From a virus (Duplodnaviria; Heunggongvirae; Uroviricota; Caudoviricetes), in IMG/VR virus record IMGVR_UViG_3300026966_000012: DNA of 45,080 bases. One strand, written 5' to 3'. The position numbers and the translations under genes are program-made. The notes beneath the pieces are model-generated. The model was given only the letters and a program-made list of their open reading frames with translations, had not been told where the DNA came from and made no database searches. Every line of letters begins with the position of its first letter. Positions within the stretch are counted from its first letter, which is position 1. This document shows positions 8,845-17,263 of this stretch, in pieces.

Positions 8845-10107
8845 ATGTCGGCGCAACCGGGCTCTGTATGGGTCGAGGGAAACGATCTCCACTTCATCGA
8901 CGGTGTCGGGACAGAGTGGCGCTACACGGGTGACCTGGAAGGGACACCAGCGGGAGCAGTGCCTGGATCGATCTGGATCGAGAGTGGCGACAATCGGCTT
9001 CATTATATCGACTCGTCCGGGGAGGAGCGGTCGACGCCACGGTCAGTGGGCTCCTCGGTCGCTGGCGTAAACGGGTCTATCTGGATAGAGAACTCGCTGA
9101 TCAAGTACGTCGATTCGGGGTCGTTCAAGTCGACCGCTCACGACGACGTTGCGCACGACGACGTTGCTCACAGTGACAAATCCTATTCGGACAAGTCCCA
9201 CTCCGACGATAGTCACAACGACATCTCTCACAGTAACGTCGATCACGGAGACAAATCCTATTCGGACAAGTCCCACTCAGACGATTTGCATGACGACGTC
9301 TCTCATAATAACTCCCACGGCGATTTCGCTCACTGGGATATTGCGTTTAGCGACGACGCTCACTCAAACGACGCCCATACCGACGACGCGCACGATAACG
9401 CACACTCCGACGCCGGTCACAGTGACAAGGCGCACGACGACGACAATCACAACGACGTCTCACACGACAACACGCACTCGGACGATAGCCACGACAACTC
9501 GCACTCGGACGACAGTCACGACGACTCGGCCCACGACAACGTTTCCGGTAGCACCCCCCACGAGGATAAAGCACACGACGACCTCTCTCACGGTGATCAC
9601 CAGGACAGTATATTCGCGCCACCGAACGATCACTCTGACTGGTCGCACGAGGATGATGCACACAACGACGCCCCGTCGTTTAGCGACCACGGAGACGTTG
9701 CCCACGACAATAAATCTCACAGTAATAACCACTCGAATAAATCACACGATAATACCCACGACAATGTGACACACTCGAATAAGTCACACGACGACGATTC
9801 GCACAACAACACGAGTCACTCGAACTCACACTCGGATAACCCATATTCAGACAAATCGCACGACGACAAGTCCCACGGTGACGTCGTTCATCAGGACGCA
9901 GACCACGACAACTCGTACTCAGACGCAGCCCACACAGACAAAGCGCACTCTGACGATAGTCACTCGAACGATAGCCACGATGATGGGAGTCACAGTAACA
10001 TAGCGCATACAAATAAGTCCCACTCTGACGATAGCCACTCGAACGATAGCCACCAAGATGGAAGCCATAGTGACGCTGCACACACAGATCAACCACAACA
10101 GGTATAA
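8845..10107 (+). CDS. His/Asp-rich repeat protein (distal fibre/adhesin-like; putative radical SAM substrate)
   Basis: About 98-aa N-domain with three GS(V/I)W(V/I)E repeats, then about 320 aa of H-x-(D/N) repeats; starts 1 nt after the fibre gene and sits before a rSAM/SPASM gene. Confidence 0.85.
   Translation: MSAQPGSVWVEGNDLHFIDGVGTEWRYTGDLEGTPAGAVPGSIWIESGDNRLHYIDSSGEERSTPRSVGSSVAGVNGSIWIENSLIKYVDSGSFKSTAHDDVAHDDVAHSDKSYSDKSHSDDSHNDISHSNVDHGDKSYSDKSHSDDLHDDVSHNNSHGDFAHWDIAFSDDAHSNDAHTDDAHDNAHSDAGHSDKAHDDDNHNDVSHDNTHSDDSHDNSHSDDSHDDSAHDNVSGSTPHEDKAHDDLSHGDHQDSIFAPPNDHSDWSHEDDAHNDAPSFSDHGDVAHDNKSHSNNHSNKSHDNTHDNVTHSNKSHDDDSHNNTSHSNSHSDNPYSDKSHDDKSHGDVVHQDADHDNSYSDAAHTDKAHSDDSHSNDSHDDGSHSNIAHTNKSHSDDSHSNDSHQDGSHSDAAHTDQPQQV
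9139..10089 (+). repeat. Coding repeat array of aromatic-x-(D/N) motifs
   Basis: Manual count: 58 H-x-D/N, 4 YSD, 2 FSD; mostly 5-residue period; 75-bp offset duplications at 9175/9250 and 9946/10021. Confidence 0.9.
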
Positions 10108-10146
10108 TATCTGAGAACATCGTAATAGGTAGAGTGCGGAGTAGTC

Positions 10147-11640
10147 ATGACCATACACGTATCAAAAGACACAGGTTGTAACCTGGGGTGCAGCTACTGC
10201 TACGAGGAGCCAGATCGAGAGATCAACGAGAACGACGTTTCCTCACAGTCGCTTGACACTGAAGCTGTGATCGCCCAACTCGAACAGTGGAAAGAGCAGT
10301 ACCCGACAGATGTCCCCGGGCTCCATGGGGGAGAGCCGCTCCTGATAGACACAGACGATCTGGAAGTCGTGTTCAAGTGGGTCTACGACAACTACGAGTC
10401 GGTGAGAGATGGAACGCAAGCGTCCCACATACAGACTAACGGGACGTTGATCAAGGAGCGCCATATCGACCTGTTCAAGCAGTACAACGTTGCTGTCGGC
10501 ATCTCGTGCGACGGGCCTGTTGAGCTCAACAGGGAACGTCTCGCCCGTCCAGAGAAGGATGAGGCCGCAGACGGCTTTACCACCACAGACAGCCTGTCGC
10601 AGATCACGAACGACAACATCACACGGCTGGCAAGCCAGGGAGTCAGTGTCGGGATCATCGTCGTCATTCACGAGACGAACGCTGGAACGGACGACCGGTT
10701 AGAAACACTCCTCGACTGGATGGACGATCTTGCGCAACAGGGGGTGACCGGGCACTACAACCCCGCCCTTCCGTACGACGAGATCCAGACGGAGAACTCG
10801 CTCTCAGGAGAGCGGCTGAAAGAAGTGTACCTCCGCACCTACGAGTGGATGAAAGAGGAGCAGTACCGCGAGTGGAACCCGATGAGTGACGCCAGAGACA
10901 ACTTGCTCGGGAACAAGCTCACCAACTGTGTCAACAACCGCTGTGACGTCTTCAACGCCGGCGCGGCGAAGATCGTCACTGGTGAGGGTGAGACGACTGG
11001 CTGTGGCAAAACGTGGGGGTCTGTCGGCGATGGTGTCCCGTTCCTCCAGGGCCCATCGAACGAAAGCAAGTACGACGATAACGAGGAGCGGTACGAGATG
11101 TTACAGCAGGTTCCGGGTCCGTACACGGACGGTGAGTCGGACCTGGGTGGGTGCAAGGGGTGCAAATACTGGAACGTCTGTCAGGGCGGGTGTCCCTCGG
11201 GGGCGATCGACCAGGACTTTCGCAACCGGACGCGTTGGTGTCCCGCGAAGTACGCAATGTACGAGGCTATCGAGAACGACATGCGGACACTGTTCCCGAA
11301 CATCACCCTGATCACAGACTATCCGTGGAACGCGGAGCTCGCGAAGTACGCCAGCAAGTGGGGGCTGGACATCAAGCCGTTCGCAGCGATGGACCCTGGC
11401 GTAGACGGACCATCCTCTGTCTGGGGTGGCTATTCCCACCCGTGGGGCGGCCCACTGGAGCGCGTCCCGGACGATGTCTTCCCCGATGACTGGCGTGGCG
11501 AGAAGGAGTTCATCAAGTCGATGTACGACGAGGAAGTGCTCGAGATAGACGAGAACACGCACAACTGGCACGCCGACTCCGACATGGGAGTCAAGAACGA
11601 TGATGGGTGGGAGCAGGTCGATGAGGAGACAGAAGCATGA
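10147..11640 (+). CDS. Radical SAM enzyme with SPASM domain (peptide/protein maturase type)
   Basis: CNLGCSYC (CxxxCxxC), GGEPLL, QTNGTL, ISCDGP; SPASM cysteines CVNNRC...TGCG...CKGCKYWNVCQGGCP...WC. Confidence 0.95.
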   Translation: MTIHVSKDTGCNLGCSYCYEEPDREINENDVSSQSLDTEAVIAQLEQWKEQYPTDVPGLHGGEPLLIDTDDLEVVFKWVYDNYESVRDGTQASHIQTNGTLIKERHIDLFKQYNVAVGISCDGPVELNRERLARPEKDEAADGFTTTDSLSQITNDNITRLASQGVSVGIIVVIHETNAGTDDRLETLLDWMDDLAQQGVTGHYNPALPYDEIQTENSLSGERLKEVYLRTYEWMKEEQYREWNPMSDARDNLLGNKLTNCVNNRCDVFNAGAAKIVTGEGETTGCGKTWGSVGDGVPFLQGPSNESKYDDNEERYEMLQQVPGPYTDGESDLGGCKGCKYWNVCQGGCPSGAIDQDFRNRTRWCPAKYAMYEAIENDMRTLFPNITLITDYPWNAELAKYASKWGLDIKPFAAMDPGVDGPSSVWGGYSHPWGGPLERVPDDVFPDDWRGEKEFIKSMYDEEVLEIDENTHNWHADSDMGVKNDDGWEQVDEETEA

Positions 11641-12578
11641 CTGTCACGCCCACATATGTCGAGGATGTCCCGGAGAACCGTGTCGAACTCGCCCCGTTTG
11701 CGCGATTCAACTGGAAAACGGCCGAGAGTAAAGAGATGTGGAAGGATGCGCTCCACAACGCCGAGTTCGCAAAGTCGGAGGCTGAGTGGCGATCGGTCCT
11801 GAGCGATAAGACCGACCGGAAGGCGGCGATCATCCATATAAACAACTTCAACCGCGAGAAGTGGCTCAGGCGGATGGGTGAGCATGGTCTCGCCTACCGC
11901 GACATCCGATACTCGGAGCCGTACGACGGGTTCGCGCACAAGTTCCACCCGACGACGATAGACGACCCGCGACGGAACACATACGCGGTGATCGCGAAGG
12001 ACGATGATATCGCGGATAAGATGGAGGAAGCCGAGCTGGAGATGGAAGGGCACGAGCGACATGGAACGGTCGGTGAGCTCCTGGGGTTCCCAGACTGTTG
12101 CCGTGCACAGTTCAACGACATCTGGGTAGATAACTGGGACCGAGGGCTCACGGACCCCATGTACGAAGTCGCGTGCAACACCCCGTCGGCCCGCGAGATA
12201 ACTGATGCCGACAACGTTCGACTGGAGGAGCCGGAAGCGTACACGAACGTCATGTGGCGATACTTCGGCTGGTCGTTCATCACGCACATCCCGTGCTCGT
12301 TCGAGTGCGAGGAGTCGACTGAGATAGGGCAAGCTCGGCACGAGATCATGCACGAGGCTGGGTACGGAGAGGCCGCCGACATGCTCTACGGCTGGCTGGA
12401 CCAACCGTTCGTCTGGGACGCACTCCATTCGATTGCGAACGTTCGCAACATGCACGTGACGGCCACTGCGGGGACGTCATCGTACTGGTCGAAGAAGCGA
12501 GTCGAATGGCGCCGGGAACACTTCCCGCAGATGAAGCCGTTCTACACGGAAGAAGACCTCGCGCGCATCCACTCATGA
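11637..12578 (+). CDS. Cys-motif protein coupled to rSAM (DUF483-like)
   Basis: GELLGFPDCC and HIPCSFEC motifs; ATGA overlap with the rSAM stop. Confidence 0.55.
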   Translation: MTVTPTYVEDVPENRVELAPFARFNWKTAESKEMWKDALHNAEFAKSEAEWRSVLSDKTDRKAAIIHINNFNREKWLRRMGEHGLAYRDIRYSEPYDGFAHKFHPTTIDDPRRNTYAVIAKDDDIADKMEEAELEMEGHERHGTVGELLGFPDCCRAQFNDIWVDNWDRGLTDPMYEVACNTPSAREITDADNVRLEEPEAYTNVMWRYFGWSFITHIPCSFECEESTEIGQARHEIMHEAGYGEAADMLYGWLDQPFVWDALHSIANVRNMHVTATAGTSSYWSKKRVEWRREHFPQMKPFYTEEDLARIHS

Positions 12579-12985
12579 TCGAGCACCTGCGACCGATCGA
12601 GCCCATCGAGACGGCCCTCCCCGACGAGTGCATCAACCCCTCAACCCACCTACCACCAGAAACGGTTGAGCCGCCACGAGAGGCGGTCCTGGCGGATGAG
12701 GATGTGTCTGTTGAGGTCAGAATCAAACACGACTACGACTGGATGCACGTGGACCTCCCCCGATTCGATGGCTGTGATCGGCGAGAAGCGATCTGGACGG
12801 CGGTCTGGTTTGCCCGCGCTATTGGTGTCCCGGGGACGTGGAAAGAGCAGTTGCGCGTCGCGGTTGGTGACAACGACATGGAGACATACAGACTGGGCGC
12901 GCTGTACCGATACGCAGAGTTTCCACTTCGCGAGCGCGAAACGAACTATGACAAGTACGGTGAAAATCCGGAGTACGGACAATGA
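12575..12985 (+). CDS. Hypothetical protein
   Basis: ATGA overlaps on both sides; acidic, haloarchaeal codon usage; start placed at 12575 rather than 12506. Confidence 0.65.
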   Translation: MIEHLRPIEPIETALPDECINPSTHLPPETVEPPREAVLADEDVSVEVRIKHDYDWMHVDLPRFDGCDRREAIWTAVWFARAIGVPGTWKEQLRVAVGDNDMETYRLGALYRYAEFPLRERETNYDKYGENPEYGQ

Positions 12986-13491
12986 CTCACACGAGAAACA
13001 TCCTGGATGCGCTGAACAAAGCAGATGTCGAGGGGGAACTGATCGACAGAGTCAAAGAGACGACTGTCGCTGAGTCGGACTACGACGAACTGAGCTGGTT
13101 CTACGATGAAAGAAGATACGACGAGCTCCTCCAGGTCACCGACGCGTATGTTGTCCATGCTCGCGGGTTCACAGTCGAAGATCAGATCGTCCTCGACGAG
13201 TACGCGCTGAACGGCGGCCACAAGAGATGGTGGCAACAGAAGCTCGCTGACGAGTTCGACCGCGATTGGCGGGACGACGGCCCGAATCAGGTCCTGTACT
13301 GGTCTATTACCGGGAGTGGAACGTTCACGATCCAGTACCCTGGGCTTGCCGCAGCATCCGTCGAAAGTATCGGCCGTGTCAAACAAACGTGGGACGCGAT
13401 GGGCGTTCCAGACGACGCTCAGGTCGGATGGCTCCTCGAGATCGACGGCCAACCTTCGTGGAGAGGGTTACGTAGCGAGACTGATGAGTGA
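12982..13491 (+). CDS. Hypothetical protein
   Basis: 169-aa acidic ORF translationally coupled within the cluster. Confidence 0.7.
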   Translation: MTHTRNILDALNKADVEGELIDRVKETTVAESDYDELSWFYDERRYDELLQVTDAYVVHARGFTVEDQIVLDEYALNGGHKRWWQQKLADEFDRDWRDDGPNQVLYWSITGSGTFTIQYPGLAAASVESIGRVKQTWDAMGVPDDAQVGWLLEIDGQPSWRGLRSETDE

Positions 13492-14161
13492 CGTTCGGGT
13501 CAGCGGCATCATGACCCTCCGGAACGCGGAGCAGGTCGGCTATCCGTATGTGCCATCGATCCTGTCCGTTCTCCCAATCGTAGACGAGTTTCTCATCAAC
13601 GACGGTGGGAGTGACGACGGGACGTGGGAGACACTCTGTACACTGGCCGATTCCTTCGACAAGATCGAGCTCTACCAGATACCAGATGGTGAACCGGCCG
13701 CGCAGTGGGATATGGTGGATAGGCAACTCAACGAGCTGATCGACGAGGCCGATGGCGACTGGTTGATCGAATCACAGTGTGACGAGGTGTGGCCACGGTC
13801 GAGCCTACATACGGTGAATGAGATCATGCGTTCTGACACCGAGTATGCGTCTATCAGACAGCCGCGACTGAGTAACGGCGAATGGGACGCCGTGTCGAAC
13901 TATGACTACTGGACGGTCCGTTGCGTCAAGAACGCTCCTGACCTCGAAAGCTACGAGGGTGGCGATTCGTTCCACACAGGCGGGTATTCGAGCCCGACTG
14001 AGGGATACACCAGCCACAACGTACCACCAGAAACGAAGATAGACGCTCCGTTTTGGCACATTCACGACTTCGATCGGGTCGCCCACGCCGAGCGGCACCT
14101 GTTCTGGTTAGCGACAGAAAGCGACGCCCGTCGTAGGCTCTATGAACGGACTGTAGAGTGA
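13484..14161 (+). CDS. Glycosyltransferase family 2 (GT-A fold)
   Basis: LRNAE...SIL...DEFLINDGGSDDGT motif, then GDWLIESQCDE (DxD-like region). Confidence 0.85.
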   Translation: MSDVRVSGIMTLRNAEQVGYPYVPSILSVLPIVDEFLINDGGSDDGTWETLCTLADSFDKIELYQIPDGEPAAQWDMVDRQLNELIDEADGDWLIESQCDEVWPRSSLHTVNEIMRSDTEYASIRQPRLSNGEWDAVSNYDYWTVRCVKNAPDLESYEGGDSFHTGGYSSPTEGYTSHNVPPETKIDAPFWHIHDFDRVAHAERHLFWLATESDARRRLYERTVE

Positions 14162-14209
14162 TCGGGTCGGGGAAAACTCGTATGAAGTGATTATTGTGTA
14201 CAGACAGTA

Positions 14210-14644
14210 ATGGGCGTCGAGTTTGAGCCGTCGACGAGACGGAGAGATACCTCCTGGGTGCAGGGGGAGTTGGCAACTGCGTTCGAGAACTTCCCAGCTG
14301 GCGGGCTCCAGCGTCTCTCGCTCGACTCGAGATACTATCTAACGACCCCAGCCGACTTTGCACACATCATCGAGGAGGACATCGTCTCGTATCGCTACTA
14401 TCGACGAGCACAGTTCGACTGTGAGAACTTCGCGTTCGGATTCAAGAACGTCTGTGACGCGCGCTATGGACTGAACAGTGTCGGTGTCGTGCTCGACTAC
14501 CGAACGCGAGAGACGTACAACATCGTCGTCTACGAGGACGGTGTCGTGGACGTGTTCGACCCGAACGCACGCGAGCTGGTCGCTGCTGGTGGTAGTGAGG
14601 TGGAGACGGCATATGAGATCGACCTCGGTGTGATCATCTTATGA
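14210..14644 (+). CDS. Papain-like/agglutinin C-terminal-type domain protein (possibly inactive)
   Basis: FDCENFA motif, and ...TYNIVV...VFDP matching the HAxN...EP segment but lacking the His. Confidence 0.55.
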   Translation: MGVEFEPSTRRRDTSWVQGELATAFENFPAGGLQRLSLDSRYYLTTPADFAHIIEEDIVSYRYYRRAQFDCENFAFGFKNVCDARYGLNSVGVVLDYRTRETYNIVVYEDGVVDVFDPNARELVAAGGSEVETAYEIDLGVIIL

Positions 14645-15231
14645 CGACCATGGAGCTGATAGTGCTCGCGACGGTCGTGGCGCTTTTCCTCTGGTCGCGA
14701 TCCCTGTACGGCGTTGATGACGTCTGGTGGCAAGAAGTTCGTCGACGCTGGTGGCCGGTGCTTCACAACCCGTTGAAATCGTTCGGCGGGTTCTCCCTCT
14801 CCGAAGTCGGGGACCGGGCGCACGTCGGCGTGGTCAAGATGCAAGAGGACGATCTCGAAGTGACGTTCGAACGGATTGGGTTCGTCCGTAACCCATGGGC
14901 GGCGCTCAAAACCAGACTCGGCGGACAGGACGTGTCGGAGGGGTCGTGGGTCTACCGGAAGTCAAACGTCTGGTATCGGCCGGACAATCTCGCGCAGATG
15001 CAACTCCACGCGACGATGTTCGAGCGCGCCGATGGACTTGGATACGACATCTACGTCCACTGGGAGGACAACTACTGGGTAAGTCCCATCGACCACATCA
15101 ATGGGGCAAACCTCTCAGCTGAGACGGGCGTCGAGATGATGGGAGATCTGTTCGACGAATATCACGTGTCATACTATCCGGAGCTCGATCCAGACCCGAT
15201 GATCGAAGCCACTGCTGACGATTACAAGTGA
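14641..15231 (+). CDS. Membrane-anchored hypothetical protein
   Basis: N-terminal hydrophobic helix (LIVLATVVALFLW) followed by a basic stretch; ATGA overlap. Confidence 0.65.
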   Translation: MTTMELIVLATVVALFLWSRSLYGVDDVWWQEVRRRWWPVLHNPLKSFGGFSLSEVGDRAHVGVVKMQEDDLEVTFERIGFVRNPWAALKTRLGGQDVSEGSWVYRKSNVWYRPDNLAQMQLHATMFERADGLGYDIYVHWEDNYWVSPIDHINGANLSAETGVEMMGDLFDEYHVSYYPELDPDPMIEATADDYK

Positions 15232-15278
15232 TTGACGTGTACAAAAACAAAACATGACGCTTGCCGACGCCATCCCAC

Positions 15279-15311
15279 GACTGCAACCCCCACCCCCTCG
15301 GGCCTGTAAAC
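15279..15311 (+). repeat. 33-bp C-rich intergenic element, copy 1
   Basis: GACTGCAACCCCCACCCCCTCGGGCCTGTAAAC; related copies at 23356 and 44085. Confidence 0.7.
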
Positions 15312-15492
15312 GACCTTCAACGGCATCAGTGCTTATTCGAGCCCTCACGACGCTCTATTCGGGCATTTCGCGGCTCCTTACGGCGCCTGATCAGCGACAT
15401 GTGACTACCCAGTGTACGTCAATCGCTGTCTTAGGGCGTGGTGCGCAAAGATGTGGGAAAACAGGTATATCCAGACTTACGTGTACTAACAG

Positions 15493-15891
15493 ATGATGGC
15501 GCTGATCATCGAGTTGGGACCTGTCGGAAGTTTCATCAGCGGGGTAGTGGCGTCACTCACCTTACTGGGAGGACTCATGTACTGGATGATCAAGAGCGCA
15601 CTCGGTGTCGCGACGAAGGGATACGTACAACGCCAAGTTAACCAGCATGTCGACCCGATCGAGGCGAAAGTGGACAGGACGGCGCAGCTGGCCAAAGAGA
15701 ACCGGGAGGACATGCGAGCACTGCGCGACCTCTTGGAAGGGGGGAGCTCGCAGTTCGAGAAGGGCATGATGGATTTCCTCGACGACAACATCAAACGGAC
15801 GATCGACATTCAGGAGGACCTCGACGAGATCAAAGTCGGCCTGAGAGAACTTCGCTCGGATGTCGACGAGCAAGAATCGCCCCGAGAGTAG
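15493..15891 (+). CDS. Single-TM plus coiled-coil protein (holin-like candidate)
   Basis: Hydrophobic N-terminal about 35 aa then coiled coil; end of the late gene block. Confidence 0.5.
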   Translation: MMALIIELGPVGSFISGVVASLTLLGGLMYWMIKSALGVATKGYVQRQVNQHVDPIEAKVDRTAQLAKENREDMRALRDLLEGGSSQFEKGMMDFLDDNIKRTIDIQEDLDEIKVGLRELRSDVDEQESPRE

Positions 15892-15920
15892 ATACGTCCT
15901 CTCACCACCACATATACCAG

Positions 15921-15951
15921 AGTACGTACATACATACGCGCCCATATGTAC
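15921..15951 (+). repeat. 31-bp RY-alternating intergenic element, copy 2
   Basis: AGTACGTACATACATACGCGCCCATATGTAC; 25/31 to the reverse complement of copy 3, with 5 of the 6 mismatches transitions. Confidence 0.75.
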
Positions 15952-15995
15952 GTACGGCCATACGCCGATTTTGATAGTTAGAGAGCCGTACAATA

Positions 15996-16009
15996 GGAAA
16001 TCTTATAAC
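15996..16009 (+). promoter_or_regulatory. BRE/TATA promoter of replication block
   Basis: GGAAATCTTATAAC in AT-rich intergenic DNA. Confidence 0.55.
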
Positions 16010-16135
16010 ACCCTGGTGACTACAATAGAAGTACCCTCAGACATCCGGTATGAATAGTAGCAGGATTCAGACGAGTCTGTCGCGTGTGGAACGGAGTGTC
16101 GGGGGTAGCTCCCGCAAGGGAAGTGAATAGAAAAA

Positions 16136-17065
16136 ATGGTAAGCGAACACAAGGAGGAAGACATGCTGACCTTCCTCACAGAGACCATCGGAATGGACGA
16201 GGAAGAAGTCGAGGAGAAGGCCCAGGAGATGAAGGACAGCGGCGAAGTCCTGCTCATGGTCAACGCCTACGAGAAGATCAAGGAGGAGAACGTCGCCCAG
16301 CCCCAGGAAGCGGTCGACCTGGAGGGCGCGTATCTCGGCCAGCACGCACGAACCCGTGACGGCGAAGTCACGGGCTACGTCACCTGGCTGTTCTCGGAGG
16401 CCGACCACGCAGTCGTGCGAGTCAACTCCGACGAGCCTATCGTCGACGGCGACCACCAGCAGTTCACCGCAGTGACGATCACCGAGGTCGAACGCTGGGA
16501 AAACCTCGAGACAGAGTACGAGTGGCTCCAGGCCACTGGCGACACGGAGGCCGAGTTCGACGACGACGAGCTCGAGCTCGACCTCGTGCTGGACTTCGCC
16601 CAGACAGTGGGTGAGGTCGACGAAGACGAGTCCTACCTCGTGATCGCACAGATCGCGGACGTCGACACACTCGGTGAGTTCCACGAGGACACGGGCGACT
16701 ACCTCGGACGGAAGCCCGTCATCGAGGATGAGGACACGGCCAACATCCGCCTCGTGCTGGAGGAAGCACGGTCGGGTGAGCAGGCCACGATCAAGCTCCA
16801 GGACCCGCGGGACATCGCGGACCTCTCGGGCATCGAGTTCGAGCGCCTGATGAAGGCGGCTGCGCAGATGGACGCGCAGGAACTCGCCCAGCAGCTCTAC
16901 ACGGCACTGGAAGGCGAGGAGGTCGTCGTCTTCGGTCGCGGTTCCGCCTACGTCAACGGCGAGGAAGTCACCGACGGTGACGGCAACCGCCGCCCGTGGC
17001 TCACCCTGTCGAACTTCGACGTCGGCTTCATCACGTCGCTGGACGAACTGGAAGCGGACGCGTGA
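16136..17065 (+). CDS. Acidic protein, possible OB-fold ssDNA-binding protein
   Basis: Strong codon bias suggesting high expression; beta-rich; first gene of the RecA/MCM block. Function inferred from position. Confidence 0.4.
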   Translation: MVSEHKEEDMLTFLTETIGMDEEEVEEKAQEMKDSGEVLLMVNAYEKIKEENVAQPQEAVDLEGAYLGQHARTRDGEVTGYVTWLFSEADHAVVRVNSDEPIVDGDHQQFTAVTITEVERWENLETEYEWLQATGDTEAEFDDDELELDLVLDFAQTVGEVDEDESYLVIAQIADVDTLGEFHEDTGDYLGRKPVIEDEDTANIRLVLEEARSGEQATIKLQDPRDIADLSGIEFERLMKAAAQMDAQELAQQLYTALEGEEVVVFGRGSAYVNGEEVTDGDGNRRPWLTLSNFDVGFITSLDELEADA

Positions 17066-17085
17066 ACACCGGGAGGTGATCACGC

Positions 17086-17259
17086 ATGGCATCGTCCAAT
17101 AAGACGCGGGCGAACCATGCTTTCGTCGTCCGAGGAACGCTGGAAGCCAGTGACGACCTGATAGAGATGATCGACGATCATCCCGACGCAGAGCTGGTCT
17201 ACCAAAAGCACTCGACGGCAAAGTTGTTCATCCGCGCAGAAGACGAGGAGGACGAGTAG
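17086..17259 (+). CDS. Small hypothetical protein (57 aa, absent from ORF track)
   Basis: Perfect GGAGGTGA SD at 17072-17079; MASSNKTRANHAFVVRG...EDEEDE; fills the gap between two genes. Confidence 0.7.
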   Translation: MASSNKTRANHAFVVRGTLEASDDLIEMIDDHPDAELVYQKHSTAKLFIRAEDEEDE

Positions 17260-17263
17260 TCCA

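Noticed and set aside
9139-10089. Repeat array as CRISPR, DGR or tandem DNA repeat
   Set aside because: The repeat is at protein level with synonymous variation; there is no spacer structure, cas gene or reverse transcriptase in the window.
8845-10107. Assignment as HxsA (His-Xaa-Ser) or T4-type H-x-H iron-binding fibre tip
   Set aside because: The +2 residue is always D/N, never Ser or His, so neither known label fits directly.
11566-11577. An H-A-D motif in the rSAM C-terminal tail (possible self-substrate)
   Set aside because: A single occurrence in an Asp-rich protein is expected by chance.
16067-17221. Long antisense or alternative-frame ORFs (e.g. 16067-17221, 24664-25842, 29054-29980, 34336-35337, 11430-12455)
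   Set aside because: These are shadows of GC-rich, biased + strand genes, with no motifs, SD or promoter support.
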